Position numbers and translations under genes: made by a program. Source: Chlorokybus atmophyticus (Eukaryota > Plantae > Mesostigma and Chlorokybus algae). From it: DNA of 64,000 nt. Location: assembly GCA_009103225.1 (NCBI GenBank), contig RHPI01000810.1, positions 847,909 to 911,908 of the forward strand. Direction: 5' to 3'. The notes beneath the pieces are model-generated. The model searched no databases, had not been told where the DNA came from, and saw nothing but the letters and a program-made list of their open reading frames with translations. Positions 24,566 to 36,500 of this stretch are shown here, piece by piece; position 1 is the first letter of the stretch, and each line of letters begins with the position of its first letter.

Positions 24566-27500
24566 GCTTGCCTACGATGTTTATAAGCTTGGGCTTTCTG
24601 TTTGTCCTGCGCTGCGCGCAGACAGCTCTTTGCCAACGCTAACCTGTTTTGCATGGCCGCAGCCATCTCGCGCGCTGCAGGCACGCGAGTCAAGTCGTTA
24701 GCCAGCAACCTAATTCTTGCAAGACCTTGTGGATGCACTCCGTAATTTAAGTAAAACGGAGTTTCCTTGCACATTCTCTTGCCATGCATTGTTCATCTTG
24801 AACTTTGCCATTGGAAGATAAGCATCCCAATCAGATTCATTCGGACTCACATAATGCCGGATGGTTTCCTCAATCACTTGATTGGCGCGTTCAGTTTGAC
24901 CATCAGTCTGCAGATGATAAGCTGTACTCATGTGCTGCTGTATCCACAGGAAGTTGCATAGCGACTTTTAAAATTGGGCCACAAACTTCGCGTCACGGTC
25001 AGAGACAATGTTGCGAGGCGAGCCATGCAACTTAAACACTGACGCGACAAAAACCATCGCTAGATCATGGGAGCCTGTCTCCGTACGGCACGGAACAATG
25101 CAAACCATTTTGATCAAACGATCCACAAATACTGCAACCGCAGTATGACCCAACGCTGTCTCAGGGCTGCTCAGTGATAAGGTCCATACTCACATTTTCC
25201 CACTTACTGTCAGGAACTGGTAACGGCCGCAGTAGCCCAGCGGGCTTGTGACGTAACGATTTGTCATGTTTACATTTGTCACACGTGTTCACATACCGCT
25301 TCACATCAGCAGGCAACGATGGCCATTAATACAGCTGTTGCGCTGCTTTAATGGTCTTGCGACTACCAATGTGCCCAACGTGGTGGTTCGTGTATATCCG
25401 CTATGCATTTTACACGCGGTTCAGCATGGTCAGGTGTTACCCAACTGTTGCTCATGTAATACAAATTGTCACATTTGTCAAACTTTTTCAAGTTGGCTAC
25501 CATAGAAAACCATGGGTCCAGAATGTACCCCTGTACAACAGTTTGACACAAACTCATAATCGGGATACAATGTGCTGCGAGTCACGAGTAATTGCGCGCG
25601 CATCACCGCCAGTAATGACGGGCAGCGACTTAAAGGGTCGGCTACATTTGTTCTCCCCGGCCGATACACCCAATCAAAGGTGAACCTGAACAAACTTATT
25701 CCAGCGCGCTTGCCGTCTCGACAAGTTTTGCCGTGAAATACACCAACGGGTTGTGATCTGTCACAACAGTGAACTGAACACCCTCTTACATCTCCATGTC
25801 TCAAGAGCATGAATTATAGCCAATAGTTCTTGCTCTGTCATAGTGTAGTTCACCTCTGCAGGAATGAACTTCCTACTCTCATAAGCGCAAGGTCTGCCAT
25901 CTTGCAACAGTACCGCACCACACCTAAGTGCACTAAGTGCACACGTGTTGATGCGTTACCGACCACTGTAAAGTGTTTGTCTTAATATGGCAGTGCTAAC
26001 ACCGGTGCTGATAATGAAGCCAACTTCACCTTTTGCATCATGCTATGATAGCAGCCTCTTGTGCTGATGTCCAAGAAAACGGGGCATCTTTACGCAACAA
26101 TTTGGTCAAAGGCATGACAACAATTGAGTACCCCATCATGAACTTGCAAAAGTAGTTTGCCAACCCTAGAAACGACTTTAGTTGATAAACATTCTAAGGT
26201 TGGGGCCACTGTTTCACAACCTGCACTTTGCAAGGACCAGGCTTGATACCCGCACCACTCACAATGTGACCAAAAAAGGGCAACTCCGTTTTAAAAAAAG
26301 TACACTTTGTGAGATTTGCCAACAAACGATGCTAGCGCAATCTTTCAAACACCGTTTCCAATTGTTGCCTATGTCCTGTCTTTGTTTTACTGAAGACAAT
26401 GATGTCATCCAAGTATATCATGACATGTTGACCAAGCATATCACCGAAGATTTTACATTGCCTTCTTAGACACAGCGGGTGCATTAGTCAATACAAAAGG
26501 TACCACTTTGTATTGATAGTGGCCCGTAGGTGTTTAAAATGCTGTCTTATAGACATCCGAAGGATGAATCCGGATTTGATGATAGCCACTTGTCAAGTCC
26601 AGCGTATTAAAGTACGCATTCCCTGACAACGTGTCAAACACATCATCAATCCTTAACAACGGGTATCTGTTCTTTACCGTGATCTTGTTTAAAGCACGAT
26701 AATTCACACACATGCGCAACTTCCCATTCTTTTTCATAACAAACAATATAGGTGCGCCAAAGGGTGAATCAATCCCTTTTTCAATAACTCTTTTATTTGT
26801 GTTTCCATTTCCCCCCTCTCACGAGGGCTAAACCTATATATAGGCCGAAATGGAGGCTCACTATCAGGAATTAAAGGTATGGTGTGTCCGACACCTCAAT
26901 CAGGGGGCAAGCCCGGCAACTCATCTGAGAACACATCATGAAATTTCTCGATTATGTCCGCCACACCTTCTGTATTTCCAGGCACTACATCATCACTTTA
27001 AGTTAAGCGCATTAGAAAAGCAAGTGTGTTTTTACATAACGCACGCTTCACTTAAAGCGCCGTAGGTAATGCAGGGTCTGTTTGCTTGTATTCCAAGCTA
27101 TGCAACCCTTGCACGGACAAAATGATGCTCTTACGCCCCTTCTTTACTGTGCACAACTGTAAGGAGGAGGGGTGCTACCGCCCCCTTTAATCCCCTACCC
27201 CAACACCACCACCAGCCAGCCAAAGCCACCGCCGCCGCCGCTGCCGGGGCAGCTGCCAGAGCAAAAGATGCTCTGGCTATGGCGGCCACTGCGTTAGCAG
27301 GGCCGCCATGCGGCTGATATCGGCGTGAGACTCATGTCTCACGCCGATATCAGTGTCACAGTTAAGTCACACTTCATTAGGCCGTTAACAGTAGGTTAAT
27401 GGCCTTAATAAGGCTTAACCGATATCAGTGTCACAGTTAAGTCACACTTCATTAGGCCGTTAACAGTAGGTTAACGGCCTTAATAAGGCTTAACAGGCTA

Positions 27501-27697
27501 CATCATCCCGTTGGGACCCTTATTTAATCCTCAAATAAGGGCGGGGAACCTCTATGGAGGTAGCACCACGTTACATTCCCCCCCACTTAGGTTTCAATGT
27601 CCTCGTTGAAGGGTTAGCAAAGCCCCATCACGAGTTGCGAAACAAAAGCAGCGAGAGAATCAGGGCCGAAGCGGTAAAAATGTCTGCTAGCACCCTT

Positions 27698-30600
27698 TTA
27701 CCGTCCGCGTGCGGACACAGTACTCCAGTAACCCCGAAGAATCTCTGAGCAGTTGGTAAGATTCCTTTCGGGCTCCCATGTATTGTGTTCAACACCATAC
27801 CCTTTCCATTTCACCAAGTAAGACGGCGCGCGTCCGCGTCGAGGCTTACGGTAACTTAGGATTGCTTCCACCTCATACTCGAAAGTATCGTCGCCATCCA
27901 CTGCGACCGGGGGTGGAGGAGGTTGAACCCGACCGTCGGAACGATACGGTTTCAGTACACTCACATGAAACACATTGTGAATGCGTATCGATTTTGGCAA
28001 GTCCAACCGATACGCGTGAGTGTCAACCCGATCAGTCACTTTTAAAGGGCCTATCCAGCGAGGGAAAAACTTGCGGGTACCCACTCCCTTGATGGATATG
28101 TTTTTAGTGCGCAAAAGCACTGAACAGCCCACATCGTAGTTGGCCTCTTTACGATGTGACAGGCCTTTGCCAACGCTAACCTATCCTGCATGGCCGAAGC
28201 CATCTCGCGTGCTGCAGGTACGCGAGTTATGTCGGTAGCGGGCAACTTAATACTCGCAGGACTCAGTGGATGCACTCCATAATTTAAGAAAAATGGAGTT
28301 TCCTGCACACTCTCTTGCCATGCATTGTTAATCGCAAGAGAGACAGACTGGTTCGGACTCACATAATGTCGAATGGTTTCTTCAATCACTTGATTGACGC
28401 GCTCTGTTTAACCATCCGTTTGTGGATGATAAGCTGTGCTCATATTCTGCTGAATATGTAAGAAGCTGCATAGCGACTTTCAGAATTGAGCCACAAATCG
28501 CGGATCGCGATCAGACACAAAGTTGCAAGGCAAGCCATGCAATCTAAATACAGAGGCGACAAAAACCATCGCTAATTCACGGGAGCCTATTTCCGTGCGA
28601 CAAGGGACAATGTGAACCATTTTTGTCAAACGGTCCACAAAAACTGCAACCGCAGTGTGTCCTAACACTGTCTCAGGGAGCTCAGTGATAAAATCCATAC
28701 TCACACTTTCCCACTTGCCATCTGGAACAGGCAAAGGTCGCAGCAACCCAACGGGTTTCTGACGTAAAGGTTTATCACGCTGACATTTATCACACGTGTC
28801 AACATAGCGCTTCACGTCAACAGGCAACGATGGCCACCAGTACAACTGTTGCGCTGCCTTGGTAGTCTTGCGACCCCCAAAGTGCCCAGCATACGGTGGA
28901 TCGTGAACATTCGTTATGCATTTCATGCGCAAATCAGCATGGTTTGGTATTGCCAAACCGCTGTTCATGTAAGACAGATTGTCCCGCTTGTCAAGCTTTT
29001 GTAAGTTTTCTGCAACCGAAAACCATGGGTCCGAAGTGTACCCCTGTACAACAGCTTGCAGAAATTTATCATCAGGAGACAATGTGCTGCGTGTTGCGAG
29101 TAATTGCGCGCGCATCACCGCTCATAATGACGGGCAACGACTTAAAGGGTCCGCCTCATTGGTTCTGCCCGGCCGATACACCCAATCAAAGGTAAACCTG
29201 GACAAAAATTCATTCCAGCGCGCTTGTCGTCTCGGCAAGTTTTGCTGTGTTGAGAAATACACCAACGGGTTGTGATCAGTCACAACAGTGAATCGAACAC
29301 CCTCCAAGTAACATCTCCATGTCTCAAGAGCATGAACTATATCCAATAGATCTTGCTCAGACGTAGTATAGTTCACCTCTGCAGGAATGAACTTCCTACT
29401 CTTATAAGCACAAGGTCTGTCATCTTGCAATAGTACTGCACCACACCCAAGTGTTGATGCGTCACTGACCACTGTGAAGTGTCTTTCCAATTTGGCAATG
29501 CTAACACCGGTGCTGATGTCAAAGCCAACTTCACTTGTTGCATAGCAGCTTCTTGTGCTGTCGTCCACGTGAACGGGGAATCTTTACGCAACAGTTTGGT
29601 CATAGGCATGACAACTGTAGAGTACCCCATCAAGAACTTGCGAAAGTAGTTTGCCAACCCTAGAAACGACCTTAGTTGATGGACATTTTTTGGTTGTGGC
29701 CATTCTTTCACAATTTGCACTTTGCGAGGGTCAGGCTTGATGCCTGCACCACTCACAATGTGGCCAAGGAAAGGCAACTCTATTTTGCAAAAATCACACT
29801 TTATGAGATTTGCAAACAGGCGGTGTTTGCGCAACCTTGCAAACACCGCTTCCAAGTGTTGCCTATGCTTATCCTTTGTTTTACTAAAGACAATAATGTC
29901 ATCCAAGTAAATCATGACATGCTTGCCAAGCATATCACAAAATATTTCGTTCATTTCCTTCTGAAACACGGCGGGTGCATTGATTAATCCAAAAGGTAAC
30001 ACTTTGTACTGGTAATGACCCGTTGGTGTTCTAAACGCAGTCTTATAGACATCTGACGGATGAATTCGGATTTGATGATATCCACTTGTCAAGTCCAACG
30101 TACTAAAGTACGCATTCCTCGACAACGTGTCAAACATATCATCAATCCTTGGCAACGGGTATCGATTCTTTACCGTGATCTTGTTTAGAGCACGATAATC
30201 TACACACATGCGTAACTTCCCATTCTTTTTCATAACAAACAAGATGGGTGCGCCAAAGGGTGAACAACTTGGTTCAATCAATCCCTTTTCCAGTAACTCG
30301 TTTATCTGTGTTTCATTTCCCCCTTTTCACGAGGGCTCAACCTATATATAAGCCGAAATGGAGGCTCACTATCAGGAATTAAAGGTATTGTGTGCCCGAC
30401 ACCTCGATCAGGAGGTAAGCCTGGTAACTCATCTGAGAATATCTATACTTCTCAATGACGTTGGCAACACCTTCCGTGCTGCCTTGCACAAAGTCATCGG
30501 ATGACGTTAAGTGCACCAAGAAAGCTGGTGTGTTTTTACGCAAAGCACGCTTCACTTGGAGTGCAGTCAGGAGCGCAGGATCAACTTGCACTTGTTCCAA

Positions 30601-31394
30601 GCTATGTGACCCTCTCACAGACAGCGCTACACGCTTACGACCCTTTTTCACTGTGCACAATCGTGCACCAGTATCCAATGTCATTTTGACATTATCCTGC
30701 CATTCCTGTCCTAGCACCACATCAACACCAGTTATGTTAATGGACACCACTATGAAAGTGAGGTTGGCATGATAATTACCAACTTTTACCTTCACTTTTA
30801 TTTCTCCTTTTACTGGCAACGCACCCCCGCACCGGCAGCTGAAAATGCTGAGGGTTTACACGATACTTTATTGCGAACAATCAATTGTTCCTCAACAAAG
30901 TTGTGTGTCGCACCAGTGTCAATCAAGAACGAACTAGTAATCCCCTGCATTGTACCCTTGAATGTCCACAATAGAGGTACTACCCGCTCTTGAAACGTAG
31001 CCAAGAGTCCGTGACTAACGCAAGAGTTGATCAATATTGCTGACAATCGCACTGTCCCTGTTTTACGCTTGCTAAATTGCTTCAACACAGTCCCCCCTCA
31101 AGTGTGTTTTAACCATGGGCCATGATACTTAGGCACCATTACCACAACACTCAAGGTTCTGTGCTTACTTTGCAACTTAGTTAAAGTGTGCAACACTTCA
31201 GGAAGCATGTTAAACTCAACATGTACCAACACACAAGCATTCTCTTCCACTTTTTCAATATCAAAAAGCGGCAATTCGCTATGTGCTTGCCATGCATGTG
31301 TCATTACATGCACCTGAGACAGCTCAGCAAACCAGTTTGCTACTAATACAAGCAATTGGCTATCAACCACATCTACATCAGTCACGGCGTAATC
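27698..31394 (-). pseudogene. Element B pol: MTase-like domain, protease, RT, RNase H, integrase, chromodomain; stops and frameshifts
   Basis: FLIDTGATHNF (PR), RMCVDYRALN..YLDDIIVFS (RT), VSDAS (RH), GHFG..C..C and SMDFI (IN), [24 protein letters not shown] (chromodomain). Confidence 0.9.
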
Positions 31395-32856
31395 CTATTC
31401 AACCTTCTTGGCCTTGCCTTTGCCCTTGGTCGGGCAGTTCTTTGTGATATGGCCAGGTTGATGACAGATGAAACAGGTGCAAGCCGCAGTAGCTGCACCA
31501 CCAGTAGACGTAGCACCAGTACGAGGCGCGAACATCTTTGCTTTCTTCGCCACATGCGCACTTGGATGAGAGTAACGCTTTCCTCCCACCCCCTGCGACT
31601 TGGCAGTTTCTGTCACCTGTGACTTGTCCTGCACTGTTGCGTCATCACTAAACAGATACACGCTCAACTTCTGTAGTTGTGCCAAGTTGTCAGGAACCCA
31701 AGGAAGCCCCGTCACAGTGTTGTATTGCAGCATATCGCGCACACGCGCATCCAAGCCGCGCTTGTACAACTCAAACTGCTCGGCCTTGTCCATGGGCATG
31801 AGGCCGCCGTTAGCACGACCCACCAACGCTTGAAACTCCTGCAGATAGGCTGAAGCTGCCCGACCATTCTGTCGCAACTTCATGAGCTTGTTGCGAGCTT
31901 GAGTAGCCGGATCCATGCCACCATAACGTTCCGTTAGAAACTGGAACAGTGCTTCGACTGTCCTGGCAACACCGTTCTCTGTCTGTTTCGCCCACTCAGC
32001 GAGAGCATCAGATGGCATCAGCAACTTATCAACCGCAACGTGCTCACTCACCGGGCGCTTTAGTGCTGTCAGATAATGTTCAACAGTCACTACCCAGTCG
32101 TGGATGTTCACACTGCCGTTAGGCTTGAACTTCTCCGGTTTATCTAATGCCGTAACTGGCAGCCCCACTGATGCACCAACCGATGACGTAGCACCCGCCT
32201 CCTGTTGGCGCAAAGCCACCAACTCCGACTGCATCGAGTCGAGGCGTGCCTTCAATCTTACTCGAGCAGCCAACTTGTTCTCCAAGTCAGGTCTCAAAAC
32301 AGAACACATCCTTGCAACGCTGCTGCGTTGCAACCATCAAATTAGCCAAGGCCTCAAACGCCATCCGCTTCCCTTCGTATGGGAGCGGCCTATTGTAAAC
32401 AGCCATCAGAGCAGCCACCTTCGGATCACCGCGCACGAGTGGCGGAACATTGTTCGTCAACTCGTGCTCAATCATGCGGATTACCATCTCCTTGCTTGCG
32501 CGAGGGAGAGTGGCAAAATCTGTTGCATAGCCATCACGAACCTTTTGTGCCCATGCATCCCACACTTCCTGACAAAGCTGTGGGTAAGCATCGATCAAGG
32601 CTTTGCGCTCTCGCGCATACTTCTCAATAGCCCCACCAATGACAGACTGTGTGTTCATTGTAGCTGACCCACTCTGAGTAGATTAATCGGGAGAAGCTTC
32701 GCTATCCTGCGCAGCTTCCTCCTTGTCACTCTCAGTGAGCATGTAGCTCTCACTCGTGTCCGAGTCTCTCACTTTGTCATCACTTGATGGTTCGTATGAT
32801 GACGATGAGTCAGGGACGGTAAAGTACTTCTCACCTCCCTCTCCTTGGTCAGACAT
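31395..32856 (-). pseudogene. Element B gag with CCHC zinc knuckle, frame-disrupted
   Basis: CFICHQPGHITKNC, then GKGKAKKVE*. Acidic N-terminal segment from ATG 32856. Confidence 0.85.
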
Positions 32857-33485
32857 CTGCCCAAAGACAGCCGTTAGCAAGTGCACAAGTACTCAAATTG
32901 TGCACTGCAATACAGGTAAAATCTAATGATTTTGTCTCGTCAAGTTTTGAGGCGTTACGGTGGAGTATACAGCCCCAAAAGAGCTCTCCACACACCTCTC
33001 AACTAGACACTCACTCTGCAACAAACCGTGCGCGAATCCCGGCGACGGTTCACGAGTTATGATTTCTCAAAGTTTTCACTTTGTACAAGCCAGCACAATT
33101 CACAACTGTGATTGACACACAGGGTGCCAAAATCTCGTTATATCGACCTTACAAGCCGGTATCGACCAGTTGTGAATGGTGAGTTTGATATCGGCCGCTT
33201 AGAAAATTCTGGCGGCCTCACCGCACAAAATGGCGGCACTGAGACAGTCGATGTTGCCACTGAACTGCCCCCCCAAGGGAATTTCCAAATTAATAAAAAA
33301 ACCCTTACACCACCACGAATCCACGTGGCGATACACACAATGTAATACAATGAATGTATGTTTACTATGTGTTGTGCTGCAATGCAATGCTTCAGGGATA
33401 GGCCGGAATGGCCGGCTCCCTTCACACAATGACAAACTAGACTAGGACAGGCATGCTTGGCTAGGCATGGCATGCATGGCATGGC

Positions 33486-33523
33486 AAGCTAGGCTAGGCT
33501 AGGCTAGGCTAGGCTAGGCTAGG
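33486..33523. repeat. (GCTAG)n pentanucleotide run in the element B leader
   Basis: Read directly from the sequence. Confidence 0.8.
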
Positions 33524-36500
33524 CACCAGCAGCAGCGTTTAACTATTATAGTTAAAACATAAAACACTTTAACTACCACTAGTTTAACGTCGCTGCCGCC
33601 TGCCGCCGCCCCTGCAGCCTGCCGCCGCCCCTCCCACAGGCCCCTTGCCGCCCGTGCTCCGATACCAACTGTAAGGAGGAGGGGTGCTACCGCCCCTTTA
33701 ATCCCCTACCCCAACACCACCTCCAGCTAGCCAACGCCACCGCCGCCGCCGCTGCCGGGGCAGCTGCCAGAGCAACAGATACTCTGGCTATGGCTGCCAC
33801 TGCGTTAGCAGTGCCGCCATGCGGATATCGGCGTGAGACATGAGTCTCACGCCGATATCAGTGTCACAGTTAAGTCACACTTCATTAGGCCGTTAACACT
33901 AGGTTAACGGCCTTAATAAGGCTTAACAGGCTACGTAATCCCGTTGGGACCCTTATTTAATCCTAAATAAAGGCGGGGAACCTCTATGGAGGTAGCACAC
34001 CGTTACAACAACCGTGCGGCAATATCTAATGTCATAGACACTTGATCTTGCCATTCTTGCCCCAAAAAAAAAAAAAAAACATCAACACCGGCTATGTTAA
34101 TGGGTACTATGATGAAAGTTTAACTGGCTTGATAACTACCAATCTCTACGTTCAACTTGATTTCACCTTTTACTGATAACGCACCCCCAACACCAGCAGC
34201 TGAGAAGGATGAGGGTTTACACGCTATTTTATTGCCCATACCCCATTATTCTTCAATGAAGTTATGCGTTGCCCCGGTGTCAACCAAGAACAAGCTAGTA
34301 ATACCCTGTGCCATGCTTGTGAAGGTCCACAATAAAGGTACTACTCGCCCTTAAAAGGTAGCCAAGATTCCGTGACTGATGCGTGGGTTAATCAATACTG
34401 CTGACAATCGCACTGTCCCCGTCTCACGCTTTGTGAATTGCTTCAACACAGTTCCCCCCCGAGTATGCTTTAGCCATGGTCCATGATACTTGGGCCATGA
34501 CCATGACAACCACACTCAGTGTCGTGTGTTTATTTTGTAAGTCACACAATGTGCGCAAAACTTCTTGCTAGCATGTTAAACTCTACATGCACTAGCACAC
34601 AAGCATTGTCATCCACTTTTTCACTATTAAAAAGTGGCAGTTATTAGGTGCTTGCGATGCATGCGTCATTACATGTACACGAGACAATTATCACACCAGT
34701 TTGCTGTATGTAACACTAGCAACTGGCCACTAGACGAAGGTACATCAGTCATGACGTGATCCTATTCAATCTTTTTGGCCTTGCCCTTCCCCTTGGTTGG
34801 GCAGTTCTTCGCAATGTGACCTGGCTGATGGCACACGTAGCATGCGCGTGCTGCAATAGGCGTAGCACCACTCGCAGGTGCGGATGAAGTCTTGGCCTTT
34901 TTTGCCGCATGCGCACTTGGTGGAGGGAACCGCTTCCCCCCTCCCCCATGTGGCTTGACTGAAGCCACCACCTGTGACTTGTCCTGCACAGCCGCAGCAT
35001 CGTCGTTGAACAGATACACATTCAAGCGTTGCAAGGTTGCGAGGTCCGCGGGAACCCACGGTTGCCCCGTCGACGTGTTGTATTGCAGCTGGTTGCGCAA
35101 GCGCGCATCCAAGCCGCGCTTGTATAGGTCAAACTGTTCAGCCTTGTCCATGGGCATGAGCCCACTGTTAACACGGCCAACAAGTGCCTGAAACTCCTGC
35201 AACTACACTGAAGCCGCCCGACCATTCTGTCGCAGCTTGGTAAGCTTATTGCGAGCAGCAGTAGCCGGGTCCACGCCACCGTAGCGCTTCACCAAGAACT
35301 GAAACAATGCCTCCACAGTCTTGGAAGCACCATCCTCTGTATGACGTGCCCACTCGGCCAAAGCGTCAAGTGGCATGAGCAACTCAGCAATAGATGTATG
35401 CTCACTACCTGGTCGCTGAAGTGCAGCCAAGTAGCGCTTTACATTCACCACCCAATCATAGATGTTCACTGTCCCATTGCGCTTGCACTTCTCGGGCTTG
35501 TTCAGTGCTGTGACGGGTAGGCCAACTGATGTCCCTGCTATAGTTGTAGTAGCCCCAGCCACCTGCTGGCATAATGCCACCAACTCGGACTGCATAGCAT
35601 CGAGGCGTGCAGTCAAGCGCTCTTCTCGAGCTAACTCCTCTAGCTCACGCCCTAAGTACCAGAAGAGGTCCTTGCAACGCTTCTGAGTTTCCACCGTCAA
35701 TAAGGTGAGAGCCTCGAACGCCATCCTTTGGCCTAAATACGTGCCTGGTTTGTCCTAAGTGGCCGTAAGAGCGGACACTGCTGGATCTGTGCGCATGAGT
35801 TGTGGTACAATACGCGTCAAGTTGTGCTCGATCATGCGAATGACCATCTCCTTGCTTGCGCGCGGGAGTGCCGCGAAGTCCGTCTCATATGCGTTACGGA
35901 CTTGCTGCGCCCACTCATCCCACACTTCCTTGCAAAGCTGGGGGTGTGCAGCAAGAAGAGCCTCACGCTCTGATGCGTTCTTTGCTATAGCCGCCCCGAT
36001 GATGCTCTGAGCGTCCATAGGTTGTTCATGTCATGAGAGGAATTTTTTCAAACAAGTTTCACCATCTTGAACTTGGCTTCTTCCTCCTCACTGACATTGT
36101 AACTACCACTTGTTTTCGAGTGCTTCACTTCCTCATCGCTTGATGGCTCATAGGACGAATCCTCAGAAACGGGATACATCCCGCCTTCCTCTCCTTGGTA
36201 AGACATCTGCCCAAGGAGACAAGCCGTGAGAAAGTTTGCAAGTGCACGAGTGCACAAGCACACGAGTTGTGCACTCTGAAAGTGTCACAATTTGTTGTTT
36301 CTTTTCTCATTGACTTCAAGGTGCTCTACTTGGGTTAAGCAGCACGTAAAATGACAACCCAACACCTCTCAACAAGACGCGCTTGTAAACAAACCGTACG
36401 CGAATCCACGAGACGGTTCACAAGCTACAACAACTCAAAGTTTTCACCTTGTACAACCCTGCTCAACTCACAACTGTAAATGACACAAAAGGTGCCAAAC

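Larger units (their letters stand above)
27158..34007 (-). mobile_element. Ty3/gypsy chromovirus B, full length, nested in A
   Basis: LTRs at 27158-27575 and 33670-34007. 5-bp TSD ACAAC (27153-57 and 34008-12). PBS TGGTATCGGAGC (rc 33656-33667). PPT (rc 27576-27587). Removing B restores A's sequence ctgtgcacaaccgtgc. Confidence 0.95.
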
